Shown here piece after piece: positions 13,601 to 28,600 of a stretch of 64,000 nucleotides of DNA. This stretch comes from Azolla caroliniana (lineage: Eukaryota; Plantae; Polypodiophyta). The DNA is taken from contig JBHGNT010000013.1 of assembly GCA_043228905.1 (NCBI GenBank), positions 19,344,001 through 19,408,000 on the forward strand, written 5' to 3'. The notes beneath the pieces are model-generated. The model was not told the origin of the DNA. It saw nothing but the letters and a program-made list of their open reading frames with translations, and ran no database searches. The position numbers were made by a program, and so were the translations under genes. Each line of letters begins with the position of its first letter. Within the stretch, counting starts at the first letter, position 1.

Positions 13601-16600
13601 TCATTTACAATGAGAAAATTGGGAAACCAGACCACTGGGTGTCCGAGTGCAGTTTAGTAGCTTACCTCGCCTGTGTTAAGAATGTTGTTGATATCTTCAA
13701 GGAATTTTTCTTGTTTCAGTTGAGTGTCACTGAATATAAAGACTGTTGGGTTGCCTTCTGCTCCAGATTTCTTGAGCACAAACTATTTCAAAAATAAATA
13801 TTTTTCAAGCATAGAAGTCAATTAGCTAAGACATCGAATCCATATAAAATGTGGAAGGCTTTGTTTAATATTTGATCTTCTTCATATTTGTATTCAGGCC
13901 AGTCATATAAACTTTTTGAGTTCAGAAGTGAGAATATTTTTCATTGAAGCCTTTTTTGTCCCATATATGAAACTAGCTGTGATTAGGCTTTCCATCAGAT
14001 TAATATGCATGAAATGTTGTCTGAAGAATATCATACCTTGAGGTCTTCCTGCCATTCAGAAAGACCGTATATCTTTGTTATTTGTATCTGAAACACGTTG
14101 TATCCAGCCATGAAGGTAGCCAGTTTTGTTAAAGACTGTCGACCAACACCTCCAACACCCACTAGTAATGCATTTCCAAATGGTTGTCTGATGATTCGGC
14201 TGATACGTAGAATGTGTTGTGCCGCATAAGAGAACAGAACCAATGACAAAGGTGACCTTGTTTGAGCATTATATTCAGCTAAGCCTTCTTCAAGGAATGT
14301 AAGAAGCTTTTTCTGATCAAGAATCTCTTCATATCTGTTAGCATATAATTTGGTTCCTTTCATTAAACAGTGTATGCCGAAGATACACAGCTCAAGATAT
14401 GAGTGCAGTAACAGAAAACGGCAAACATTTTCTAGCCTTGGGAAGTGCAAATGGATTAGTGATATATAATGGATTTTCACAATGGCTCAGATCAGATGCT
14501 TTGACATGTTGGAACCCAAAAGAAGGTGCAAGCACAGTCAATAACCTGACTGGATCTCCATCTCTTATACCTGAAATAACAGAATTACTATATCTAGTAG
14601 ACCTATTGTCTGGGCAGAAGATCATGCATATCTATGCTTTGATGTGAATGATAGATGCACAAGGGATTTATGTGATAAGAAGGAGAGTGGGCTGGATAAT
14701 ACCAATTTACTTGGGAGACAATTGTTGTGGAGTATATAATGGAATGCTAGATTTGGATCCTCTCGCACCCCTATGAAGTTACACGAGGATTGTCATAGTC
14801 AAAGCGTAAAGCAACCACAAATGCCTTTACCACAACGGGCAATGCACCCAATTTGGTATGATGAGGAATGTCATGATACAACAAGATGCTTGTAGTGTGA
14901 AGTAACTTGAGGTAACCCCCACTCCCTATTAGAGTCTAACTAATTAATTACGCAAAACATAAAGAATTATAGACCAAAGAAAGGAAAGAGGGGTGCTAAA
15001 CCACCCAACCATCCCCTAGCAACATGTGAGATGGACCCGAACCTCCTCGATGTCCCATAATATCAAGGGTTGATGTGATTTGTACCTTGGGTTCTGTGAG
15101 GAACGTACATTGTCGCGGAAATCCGCGCGTGAGTGTCAGAATGGGCGGGACCACGGGGGACTCGGACTAGGGAGTAAAAGGGGGAATGAGAGTTTATCTC
15201 TTATGGGCTTTCGATCACGAACAGGGAGCAATGACGTGTGAAGGATTAACACGACAAGAACTAGACTGAGACAAGATTCATCGAACAAATTACATTATAA
15301 GGCATGGAAGCCACGATATGATTTACAACCGCGGCCATATAGGCCAGACTTAAGCACAACTAAAAGAAACCCTAACCGGATAGGAAGAAGAAGAAGAAGA
15401 AGAAGAAACAAAACCCTAAAACGAAATGGGGAGAAGAATAACTAAAACCCTAACGGTCTACCTTAAAACGACAAAATGGTGACCCCCTCAATGGTGCCTC
15501 CTCACCCCTTTTTATAGTGGAAAAAGGGTGAGCTTATTACAAAAGGAAAGGCCAAATATTCCACTCTTTTCAAAGAAGGATATTTGCCTTGATCTTAGGA
15601 GGAGAGATTGATGGGGCCTTAACTCCGTCTCCCTCATTTTCACACACCACCATGCCCTCTACTTATTACACCCTTACTCCCATGCACTCCCCTTAGTCTA
15701 CATGTGCATGTGTACCTAAGTGCACATCACATTTGTACTTCACGAACTTCGTAGTGAACTTTAGCACCTTACATTTTACCCTTCCCTTATACATTGTTTT
15801 TCTTATTCCTATTTACAAATTTATTAAGTGCATGTGCAATGTTGCACAGCTCCATTTTATTCGTCCCACTCAGTTTTCTCACCATAGCCGAAAATCCTTA
15901 CGACAATGTGCTTAGAAAACAAGAGCTATAGCCACATTGTCATAGTCTTAACGTAAGTCAAGCCTCCCCCAAAAGAAAGTAGCTAGACTCCTTATATAGG
16001 CAAAAACCCTAGGTAATTGAATATTACAATTCGTACCCTCGTTCCTTTCAAAATTAACCCACATGTACTCATCATAAAATTAGGAAGAACTACGGAAAAC
16101 CTATCTCATGATCAATTATGGTTATGCACGTAACATACTTTGTCAATTTAAAAGATTGCACTCTTGCAATGGTTATTTGAGGGAAGTGTTTTTTGATGTG
16201 CTTTGCCAACTAAAAGATTGATCAATTAGGCAAATAAATCAATATATTTGAGAACTGTGAAAGATCTACAAACTTGTGGGGTTAATTTAGCACACTGACC
16301 TATAGACAAAGTCTTCAGAGTTTAAAATTACACACAGGAATACCATCTATTAAGGGTTAAGTACATGAGTTTGCCAATGCTTGTTGGCATGAAATCATGC
16401 TCTCTATTGAGCAGTAGTAACTTGTCTCACGCAATATGCAACCTATATTTGCATATCCCTTAAATAGTTTATACAACGTATAACTCATGAAGATGAATGT
16501 TAACATCAATCAAGGTTTGTGGCTAAAATAATACATTAATATCAAAGGACTATGTCCAATCGATGTATGTGTGGAGAAAACTCCATAATAGGAATCCTAT

Positions 16601-19600
16601 CCTCATTAATTTAAACACTTGTTCTATTAGTCCATCAAACTGAGGTTGCTCGATGGTATGGGACATCACATCGTTGCTAGGGGTTGGTCGGGTGGCTTGG
16701 CACCCATCTTTCCTTTCTTTAGGCTATAATTCTTATTTTTCACTTAATTAATTAGTTACTCACTCCCCCACTCACAAGGCTCACGCCCATGTGAATCCAC
16801 CTTTTCAAAATGCAAGAAATGACATTGATCGGTTACATTTGGGAAGGCCCAGGATCATGATGAATTGGTAGATGAGCACTTTATCTATACCTGTGACATC
16901 TTGCTCCCATTGCTAGCACACATCTTTAATAGAGCTATGTGTGAATGTTTCCTTACTAGATGCACAGAACATACCATTATACCAATCCTCAAGAGTAGAG
17001 ACTCCATGATGCTGAGCAACAATAGGAATATCATGATTGGTCATTACTTGGCTAGACAATATGGTTCAATCTTAGAGTCAGAATTGAGTATATGGACAGA
17101 GCAAAATTGCTGCCGTTCAGCTGAACAGGCAGGCTTTCAGAAAGGGTTCACAACTTTGGATCACTTATTGACCCTCGGAGCCCTTATCGAGGAGAGCAGA
17201 GCCCATAATAAGAGGACTTATTGCCTGTTTCATGCAGGCAATCATCAAGACGAAAGTCTCTTCAAATCTGTCCAGTTATTTTCCCTAAGAGAGATTGGTC
17301 CCCAAATTTCTACTCTATATGCACGCAATTATTCAGGTCAAAGGATGTTCAATAAAGGATAGTTCTTATCATCATAGCTCAATACCTACTAAACTCAGTA
17401 AGAAAGAAAAAAGGATATATAAAATGGCCGACAAGACCAAACAAGAGATTACATCTTGAGTGTTGTCTCGGTTTTTAGAACAAATAAAAATAAATGCTAC
17501 TAAAATATGTGATTGGTACTTACCTCTTAGGAATATTATTTGTGTCCATTATATCGCCAAAAGAAAGGTTTTGAAGGGCTTCGTTGATGTTCAGTTCTGT
17601 GTCTTTTGCTTGGGGATCTTCAAACACAAAATCGCATTTAAGACTCAGCCTCTCTTCTACCATTTTCCTTAAATATTTCAGAAACCAAAGCCTGTCTTGA
17701 TCATCAATAAGTCTATCATGAAAAATTCTCAAACATTCGTGGCACCATAAACGTATAAGAGACTTTTTGCTATCTAAAGTTCCTCCCATCATGCATATTC
17801 CTTGAAACACCTTTGAAAAGTCCCGTAGGTTGTATGTGTAATGCGATTTTGATGGCGTAGGTAGAAGTTCACGTTGTATCTCTCTATAGATATCAGTGGT
17901 TGCAGCAACTAGACTGGAACCTACAGAAGCCACCTGAAAGGTTGAAATCATCAATTTAGATACTTAAAATTTCTTAAAAACTGAGAATTCGGAAATTGAC
18001 CAGCATTATGCATACATCTGTTGCCAAATGTGATTTCCTTGCCCACCATGACATTATAGTTCCAAAGACGGTGTTCAGACTAGAATCATCAAAATCAGTC
18101 ACAGAAAGCACATGGTAATGTCTCAAATATCTTGGTGTTATTGGATTCCTGCCCCCTCCAGGCGGTCCCATGGCCGCAACAAATTGAATATCTTGAATTT
18201 GTCTGAAAGAATTATCAGTTCGGTCATACCTGAAAATGCATAAAATACATCATAATTATAATGCTATTGTGTGTTTGCGTATAGAAACAGAATGGTCGGT
18301 CAAGATCAACTATTATGCATATTAATTATTATTATTGTTGTTGTTATTGATATTGATAGAATAATAATTTCTCATTTCACTTGCATGCATCTAAGAACAT
18401 AATCACAATTGTATAACAATCCTCCCTAACATCTGCATTGTCCTCAGTGCTCACAAAATCCAATGTTATAATTTATTCTATAACTAGGAGTGGTTAAATG
18501 AAAACCTAAATGATCACCGCATTAAATACATGTGACTGATACACATTCTAATAACTACTTCCAGAAAAGCATTGGTAGACACAGAAAATTGGACGAAGTT
18601 CCACGGACTAGTATTCATACAAAACATGACTCAATCTACAACAAAGGGATGTCTTCACATTAATTGGAAATAAAGACAGAGTTATAAATGGATACACTGG
18701 AACTGTATCTCCTAGTTCTTCTTTGTGCTGTTTGGAACCAGGAGAATCATGTTTACTATGAGAAAAACAAAATATATCATTGCATCTCCAATTATGATGT
18801 TGGGCCACTCCACAAATTAATGTAATATAAAGCTCAACAATGCTGGGGAATGTATTTTCTAGAAGGTTTGGGTGCATGCGTGAAGGATAGCGTTTCCATT
18901 CTGTTTTCTAATAAATCTTCGACTACAGAATTTGAATGAATGGCAAAACTGTTAGTTTTCTGAAAATTTACCAGCCTCCATGGTCCATCCACTGCCGTAA
19001 AATTTCTATTGGTGGTTGGGCACCATAGACTTCCAATGCTGGCATGTTCAAGTCATCAACAAAAACAACACATTTTGTACCGAATGGAGGACCATAAATA
19101 CCTTTTCTCCTTTTGTCAAGCTTTGTATCTATTATATCCTAGAAATATCATTGAAGTATGATCAATAATCTTAAATGAAAGTTAAATGTTTCTTAAGACT
19201 TACAGAATGCCTTTATGCAAATGTACCTGCGTTACATTCGCATTCGTTTGTGCAGAGAAGGTCATCATGATGTTACGGTACAAGGTTTTGTCAATATTCT
19301 CTGTTAGCACATTCTTTATGTAGACAGTCTTTCCTGCAGTGAATTAAATTAGTAGCTTGTATGCTGTTCCAGATTTGAATCCATTTTGATGTATTTTCAC
19401 TACACTTTGTTACATGAAAGTTAAAAGGCTATCCTTCTATAACAGAGAGAAGTTATTACACTACCAGTAGTAATTTCCTACCATTACAAATTTACAAGAA
19501 ATCTAAAATATGGTCATACAAACATACCTGTTCCAGTTGGTCCTACTAATAGCACATGCTTTTGATGGGTAACAAGGACCTGTAATAAATATGAATAGCG

Positions 19601-22600
19601 AGCTGTGTCCACTGTTGCTACAATGATATCATTGAACTCAGAATCCAATCCTGGAGGTCTTTTGTCAGCAGTTTCCATCCATTCTTTCCAGCATGTTTCA
19701 GCCTTGACAAAAGCAAAACTATGAACAGACCCTGTCACAGGAAATGGTAAAGCAAATGGGAAGCTAGGCTTCTGTATTCTGAGTCCTGCACTGAGTTGAT
19801 AATCAAGGTTTTCCTCTTGAGAAAGTAGTTTACGAAAGAATTTGTCAAACTTAAGCCTGCTTTCCGCATCAAGAACTCCTCCTATTGACCACACTACCGA
19901 CATTGCAAACAGACAATGTAACCACACTTCCAAGTCTTTCCCAGTCGGTAATGCAGAAAAATCATCTTTCAGTACTTTCGAATCTGTATTGGGTGCCTTG
20001 AACTCATCTAGTAGGCTCTCAAACATGTTCAAAAGACTTTGTACAAGGTTGATGCTTGCAGTAGATACAAGCTCTTTGCAATATTTCTTGACAAACTGAA
20101 TACACGGCTCTACAAGCCAATCAAGTAAAGCTTCAACTATACTTGAATTATCTAAAAGACTTGGGAATTTTTGGGGGAGCTTCTCCATCCAAGAACATTT
20201 CATGGGTATCCAACCAATTTGAGTTGGTTCCGTGTAAACCATACCACATCTACTAACTGTGGCAGGGGATGCTACTGCAAGATCTTGCACCTCAAATATA
20301 AGGTTCATGGATGATGTCATTTGAATTATTTCTCCACTCATCAAGCAGAGTTTCTTATTATCATCCAGAACAGTATTCATATTCTCAATCCACACCTACA
20401 AACAATGAGTTAAAAGTTAAAGGCATAGACATTCCAAGGAAGCCACATAGATTCTACAGAAGAAAATAAATGTAAACGCTTACTGCATCAACAGGACCAT
20501 CGAATATTATCCATTTTCTATCTCGTGATGTGTCTACAGCAGCTGTCCGGAAACTCTTTGCAAGAACACCATCAGTCCATTCATGCGAAATAGGATCAAA
20601 TTGGCCATACAGCTGACCAATGTAGACAGACTTTGGGTTGATAATGAAAGTTTTTGTTACATTCTCCATTTTACCAGAATTACACAAGTCAGTCAATGCA
20701 GCTGCCAAAACTCTGTAGCTTTCTGTCTTAGCCCCATAAGATAATCCAACAAGCATTAGACCATGTCGCACAAGAATCATCTCATACAGTTGGAATATCT
20801 GTGTTCATCGTAAGTGTGTATCTTTATTAGATGTATGCCATACCCTTGCTTTGCAAAACATAAACATTTCCTTTATAGGTATATATTCACAATCACACGG
20901 TGTTCATTCATGAATTATTTGATACATTATATGTCAAATAAAAGTGATCGCTAAGGGGATTTTTATTCTCAATATAGACTTCCACTGCAATATACAATGA
21001 AGATGATATATTGGGGGTGCAAATCAATAGAAATTATAGTTAGGCTTCCAGTAAGCATCTTTAGCTAAGATCAGTTCTTTGTTAGGTATTACATTACATT
21101 TAAATCTGTGGTCTATTCCTAGATCTGCTGAAAAATTCAACTAGGTTTAAATTAATAGTACTTACTTTGGTACTCTTGAATGTATGATTATTTAAACAAA
21201 TGACCACTCAACCTTTCTTTCCCTTGTATTCCTGAGCACTCCAGCACTTATGACATTACATGGTCTCTAAAAGTCGAAACATCTTAGAGTAGGATTGTTG
21301 ACAATCAAGCTCAATTTGTGTGAACATGTCCTTATGAAGAAAAGGAGGACGTGTGAAAAAGTGCGTGAGTGTGAGGGTTAGAGATCCTTCACTGAGCTCT
21401 ACCATTGAAACTGTGTGAGCAGCTAGAGACGCTGTTTCAAATTGGCTATCGTCGCTGTAGTGTTGCACGGCAAGAGGCTCACGTTAACAAGAGCATACGA
21501 ATCAAGCAAAATCAGAAGGATGAATGCACAAATGGGTAGCGCACTTCCAATAGAGAAGTTGGACAGGCACAACTATGCATCTTGGGAATATACGATGCAG
21601 CAGTACTTAGTTGGGCAAGGGTATTGGAGTTATACGAGGGAGCTCAAGAAACAACCCCCAATATTATAAATCCCAACTACCCCACATGGCAGCAAGGCGG
21701 CAGTAGGGTAATGTATTGTTTGGCAACATGTGTGCAAGATCACATGTTAAGCTATATTCAAGATGCGAAAGCCCCGACAGAAGCGTGGAAAAACCTGAAG
21801 AAGATTTTCGCGGCTTCAACCACAGCGAGAAAACTTCAACTCCGGCAGGAGTTGAACAATATTCGGAAGGGGGATATTTCCGTGACGGACTATAACCTCT
21901 GGATCAAAGACTTCTGCAATTCACTTGGCTCCATCAATGTCGCAGTTGATGATGACCAGATGGTGCATATCTGCCTTGGCGGCCTCACACAAAAATATGG
22001 CTCATTTCGAATTGCCATAACAACAAGGGAGAACCCCCCAAGCTTTTTCGACTTGCAATCCATGCTAATGGTTGAGGAGAACCATACATGGTCGAAAAGC
22101 ACGACATCTGATGAGCAGATGCTATATACACATGATGATCTCAATCGAGGTCACGGTCATGGTCGTGGAAATCGGGGGTGGAAATGGCCGAGGAAGAGGT
22201 GGACGAGGTCCACAACAGTTTAATTCCAGGCAGCAAGAAGGTCAAAACAACCGAGGGAATTCCGGCAAAAAGGGGAGCTTCCACCAGCCTGCATCAACCA
22301 GGCAGAACCAGCAAACCAAGTGCTGGTATTGTGGAAAGCCTGGCCACTTTGAAGCCGTGTCGGAAGAAGAAGAATGACTCAGCTGTGATGGCTGCCCTAG
22401 AAAACAAAGGGCCAATGTTTGTTATGCGACACCAGGTGAATAGCCAGATAACAAGTGTTTCCCAACCTGATGATGTCTGGTTCGTCGACTCAGGTGCCTC
22501 AAATCACATGAGAAGTCATCAAGAATGGTTCATGAATTTGAGGGAACCCGAGAGACCCAGCGTGGTGGAGACCGGCGATGACTCCACACATGATTGAGCA

Positions 22601-25600
22601 CATTGGAGATGTGGCCCATAACAATCATGACAACAAGGGCTACATGAAGGATGTACTGCATGTCCCAACAATCATAAAGAATTTGTTCTCGGTTGGCCAA
22701 ATTGTCGAGCAAAGAATGCAAGTACGATTCAACCAGGAAGGTTGCTTCATCAAGGATAAGGGCCAACTTATCGTTCATGCAAGAAGAGAAGGTCGCATGT
22801 TTATTCTTGATGTGACTGAGGTGAACACAGCAATGTATGCAAAGTGACTCAAGGTTGAGTCTGATATTGAGTTGTGGCACAACAGGGTTGGCCATGTAAA
22901 CCTTGGTAAACTCTGATCAATGCAAACAAAAGGGGCTGTGCACGGATTCCCGCAATTTACTTTGAAACATCTTGATAATGTATGTGAGGCGTGCCAGCTA
23001 GGCAAGCAACATAGGCATCCATTCCTAAGCAAAAAAAATGTGAGTAAAGGCTTGTTGGACATCATCCACTCAGATGTATGGGGTCCAGCTCAAACAGCGA
23101 CAATCGGTGGGTGTAGGTACTTCGTTACCTTCATTGACGACTATTCGCGGCATACTTGGATATGCCCAATGAAGTAAAAAAATGAGGTCTTCTCCTACTT
23201 TCTCAAGTTAAAGAATCACGTGGAAAATGAGACGAATCGCAAGATTCGATGCTTACGGTCTGATGGTGGCCAAGAATACTTCTCAACCGAGTTCAAGGCC
23301 TTTCTAGAAGAGAAGGGGATTCGCCGGGAATTCTCTTGCCGGTATACACCATAGAAAAACGGTGTTGCTGAGCGGAAGAATCGCACAATTCTTGAGATGG
23401 TCCGCACCATGCTGCAGGAGAAGAACATTCCCAAGATCTATTGGGCAGAGGCAGCAGTTATGTCTGTGTATCTCATGATGTACGACCGAGGGTGTCCATG
23501 ACATCACCCCTCACGAGAAATATTTTGGGACATCAGTGACCCCCGTCGTGTTCGAAACAAACAGATCTGGAGCAGATTCTAAGAGTGAAGAAGAAGAGAT
23601 GTGGACGACCATTATGGGTGGAGAACCAGCAGAGAGTCTGCCCGCACTTCACCTGACTGGACCTAAGGTGTCATACAGCAATCAGAGTCTTGCAGCACGT
23701 GAAGAAACCTCTGACGTGGTATCACCTTGGTGCTACACCAACAGAAAGAAATAAAAGGGCAAGATGCTTGAGCAAGAGGCGGAGGGCAGACTCAGATCAA
23801 CCATACCGATCGGTCGACAGCAAGTATGAAATAAAGAAGACCAGACCTCAGCTATCCGGCTGGTTGGGCTTCTTAGTCAGTTCATGCAAACCCCCCGCGA
23901 CACTCACATGGATCAATTATGTTAGTGGAACACTTTATTATAGAATCTTCTATAAGCGTGGAGTACCACTTCGACTCAAAGGCGTCACGGATATTGATTG
24001 GGCGGGAAATGCATCTGATTGGAGATCCACTTCAGGATTTATGTTTTCACTCGGTAGTGGAGCAATATCCTGGAGCAGCAAGAAACAACCAACAGTGGCT
24101 CTATCGAGCACTGAGGCAAAGTATAGGGCCGCAGCTATAGCTGCCTACGAAGTTGTATGGCTTAAAAGACTGCTGAAAGACTTTAACAAATTGGTGAACA
24201 AGCCAATATTGATCCATTCAGCACTATCAAGGTGCACTATCATCACATCTGTGAGCGCATATTGGCCGGTGACATTGACCTCCAATATGTTGGCACCAAC
24301 GGCCAGGTGGCTGATATTTTCACTAAGCTGCTAGGTCTCGACAAGCTACGGCAATTCTCAGTGGATCTAGATCATAGACCACTCGATATGCTGATCTTGG
24401 GGGGGAGTACAAGTACAAAGATGAAGGAAAACATGGAGAATCAGCACCATAAAAGAGGAAGAGTGAGACCGGCATTGGCAAAGTAAGGCTGGCACATCTA
24501 ATCCAACTTGACCTGGCAAGTTAGAGGAAGACTTTTCAAAGCCCTAAATTTTTGAAGTTAGAGATAAACCCGACCCTGTCGGCACCTTTGACAAGCTCGA
24601 AATTTTGGATCGGCAAGATTGACCTTGCCAGATCAAGATCGAGTACATTGAAACAATGGGAAAACCACGGTCTAGTGGTCCGACCAACTGTAGCCGGATC
24701 TTTAACTACGCCAAGACAACCAAGCTTAAGAGGACACACAATTGACCTTGAGGGGGCATGTTGAGAATCAAGCTCAACTTGTGTGAACTTGTGCTTATGA
24801 AGAAAAGGACGATGTGTGAAAAAGTGTGTGAGCACACTTTATTGTAATCCGTGTAGTTGCCGAGTGTTAATGTAGTCGAAGAATATTAGATATTCTTATG
24901 ACAAAATCATACTCAAGTGGATATCTTGGTTAGATTCCACCAACACATTTAATATGGCAGTCCCTTGAGGACTTGTATATAAAACCCCCTTTGCCCATTC
25001 TGTTTTGTGGATGATCTTTAGTTAATTAATATAGCTCTCTTCAGTGCATAAGCTGCCATCACCCTAGTGTGTATCTTCTTATTTTCTGGAGGCGGTGGCT
25101 AGCACAATTGGCGTGAAGCAAGGATGCCCACTATCCCCCACACTCTTCGGTCTCTATATAGATGAGGTATCACAGTACATAGAGAGATTTGGTGGTTCCA
25201 GAGCACACCTAGCAGGTATAGGTATACAGATATTACTATATGCTGATGATATTGTGCTGATTTCTGACTCTCCGGAGGGACTACAAAGACATCTGAATGC
25301 CTTAAAACTATTTTGTACGGACAAAGGTTTGTAAATCAACATGAATAAAACTAAAGTGATGGTGTTTAACACCACCCAAGCATGGCTAACAAGATCACAA
25401 CCAGAATTCTTCTTGGGAGAGGAAAAGGTGGAATACACACGCTCCTACTCATACCTAGGAGTAACATTTACAGGACCTAGGTTCTCCTTACAGGAGGCCG
25501 CTTGTGCCCGACTTTCTCGTGGATATGCTGCCCTTGGTGCTCTCGAAAGACAATGTGCACATTTGCAATTCCAAGAGCCACGAACTAAGCTATGGTTATT

Positions 25601-28600
25601 TGATACACTTGTCACACCAACTCTTCTCTATGGAGTGTAAACATGGGGACCGAGTCTTAACAAGACAAATCATTGGAAAGATTTAGAGAGACCTTTAGTG
25701 TCAATGATTGCCCACATGATAAGGAGCAAAGCAACGGTGCCCCACAATATAATCCGGGTAGAGATGGGAGCAGCACCTACAATCACCGAGGCATTGTTCC
25801 GATCAGTGACATTTATCCAACGTCTTTGGGAGCTCCCTAAACGAAGGTACCCAAGGTTGGCACTTATGTCATCAAGACAACTGGCTGAAAATGGAGACAC
25901 TCATTGTTGGTATGCTGAAATGCAGCAATGGTTCGAGTCACATGGCATGAGTATAAATGCACTACCCCCGTTCCAATATAGCTTGGACTGTCCCCATCTC
26001 AATATGACCAAAGTGGAAAAGAATAGAGTGATCCGAACTGATATTATTAACTTGGAAAACAAGATACCATGGATCAGCCCCAAAATACCACTTGGTACAA
26101 AGATGGCCCACTATAAGACACACTTTTTACATACATCGGAGGATGGATTTGTCATAAGGCCACCTTATATGGACATACATCTATCCTATGTGCTGCGTAG
26201 TGTGATAGGGCAGCTGCGAACCTCATCACATCAGCTATAGATTGAGGTGGGCAGATATACACGACTACCTCTAGAAGAAAGAATTTGCCAATTGTGTCAT
26301 CAAGGAGTGGAATCTGAAGAACACTATGTTTGTCACTGTAGTGTCTTTTATGAAATCAGAGGGAGATACCATTGCCTCTTTAAACAAGGCTTTGGCCCAC
26401 TACGCAAGGTAATGGAATATGAGGACCAAAGATGCCTAGGACTTTTCTTGCTCGAGCTCAAGAGACATCGGGAAAAGTTGTTGAAGAATACAGCCACACA
26501 AGCTCATCCACAAAGGACAATCACAACTTTCTTTAGCTCCATCACTCCTAATGCTAGAAGTCAACCCCAGGATACAGAAATGGGATCCAGACCAGGATAT
26601 AACAAAGGGGTTACGATTGATCGAGCAATGGCAATTTGCCGTGCACGTAGACCCTGGCCCCATGGACCATGACCTCGACACCCTTGTCATCGACAAATAA
26701 AAGCCATTATCTCCCGCCATCGTAGGTGCTTCCCTCGCTTCGGAGACATTTCCATTCTGGATCGACCTATGATAGAGATCTTTCGGAGACAAAAGCTACA
26801 ATATACCTAACTTGAGAATCTCGCATGTGCCAAAAACCAGATTTTCTCGTCTCGTATCTTATTTACTTTTATATTTACTGTGTAATATTTACTTTATTTT
26901 GATTTGTTCTCAAAGACGAGAAAACATTTAAGATGTAATCTCTTATTCGGTCTTATAGGCCATTTTGGCCTCTTAAAAGATGTTAATATATCTTTCTTTC
27001 TTTCTTTTTCTTTCTGATTCCTTCTCTTGCTTATACACCCACTCTCTCTCGCACACACTACGGTTTTGAATACTCAACTCTATTAGAGTTAGATTCTTTG
27101 CATAAAGATAATGCCAATTATATTCCTGCGAAAACTGTCATTGGATATCAACAGGATGTGGGTGACATGTATTATATTTCAGTATTATCTCTTCCTTTCT
27201 GGATAACCTTTTTCCCGCATCTAGATGTAGTTTCTATGCATATAGTTGAATGCTATACTCCCTTTGCCTCTTCCCTGCCACGAGCATATGATACCTCACT
27301 TCTTCGAGAGTGTGAAAAATAATGTGCGCCTAACATTTAGTAAAAATTCATATTAATTCACGTATTTAAGATAATCTGACAATTTGTAAAGCAGGAAAAG
27401 GCAGTGTCAGTATTCATGGAAGTCATTGAAAAAATACCTTTTCCAAAAATATGGGAGTTGGTTGAAGATTGAATCTCTTACATACAACAATAATAGCTTC
27501 ACGCATTACCCTGTAGTCAGGAGCTGGAAGAACAACTCCCGGAAACAAATCAAGCAATATTCCTTCAAATAAAGGAATATCATGAGCCAGAAATTTTGGT
27601 AAATTAACATCTTTTAGGGACTTCAACATTAAGACTGCTTCTTCTTCTTCAGGAAATGCCTGCTTGACAGCACCTGCTGCACGCAACACTGATATCACTG
27701 CCCTCATTCCGTAATCATAATGATTTTGACTGGATAACTGTTCACTGCAATATCAAGTGAAGAGTTTAGTCACCACATACAATATCAGATCTCAGGAAGG
27801 GTTTGTTCTATTTTTCACCTGCACAAACGATACGTTGCCACAAGCTTTCTAGCAAGTTCCCAGGCCTTAAGATAACCAAAGGAGTAAAGGGTTATCTCTG
27901 AAATCAATGCATAATCAGGAACCATCATGGCAACAGTGCGGAAAAGAGCCTTCAAATTGTCAGGTAATTCAGACCGACCTGCATAGCCAGGATTCATTGT
28001 GATAAATACATTACATGTCGGATTTAGGGTTAACTTTACCCCCTCAAAGTCAAATGTCTTCAGATTTGCAGCTTTTGCCCTTTGTATTGTTAAAATCTGC
28101 TGTGCTATCACACTGAGCACCTGAAATACAGAGATTCCAATATCTAGTTATGGAAAGTGTATATGTAAACATGTTTCATACAACAATTAATTTAACTTTA
28201 AAATTTATATTTAAGAAAGTTTTAAGCTGTACTGCAATTATGTTGTAGCATTCTTAGCTTTGCCATTCAGGAAAATGTGGTCTTTATTTTCTTTTCAAAG
28301 GAATTATAAATATTGTACATAGAAACTATAGTCGCATAAAGTTTGCCCCCCAACTCTATGCCATGTAGAAGATTAAAAATAAATAAAAATAAAAAAAATA
28401 AAAAAAGAAATAGGAAAAAGCCTATAGGTGAAGTCATAAGAAAATGTATAGTTTTTGGTTCCTTTGGAAGCTCAGCTCTTACCCAAGACTAATTAAATAG
28501 CAACTACATTATGAAACAGGATCACAGAGCATATCACACTCAGAATCTGGAAATTTAAGAATTTGTTGTATCAGTTAGCTTCGATCTAATGTTGAGACAC

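Larger units (their letters stand above)
21296..24945 (+). mobile_element. Degenerate Ty1/copia LTR retrotransposon in dynein intron 20799-27437
   Basis: Gag ([11 protein letters not shown]), zinc knuckle CWYCGKPGH, protease [11 protein letters not shown], integrase [11 protein letters not shown] and IIHSDVWGP, RNase [18 protein letters not shown] and ADIFTK, in copia order; many stops and frameshifts; RT core largely deleted; polypurine tract GAGGGGGCA just before the 3' LTR. Confidence 0.93.

Noticed and set aside
1061-14625. Many 60-110-aa ORFs in the track overlapping dynein exons on the opposite strand or in other frames
   Set aside because: Shadows of real exons or TE fragments; no independent protein features
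15367-15453. AAACCCTAA motifs as interstitial telomere
   Set aside because: Isolated single units, not tandem; better read as telo-box motifs
20725-20750. Degenerate AAA2 Walker A motif (GLSYGAKT) as evidence of pseudogenisation
   Set aside because: AAA2 P-loops vary among inner-arm dyneins; P1 and P3 are canonical and the whole frame is open
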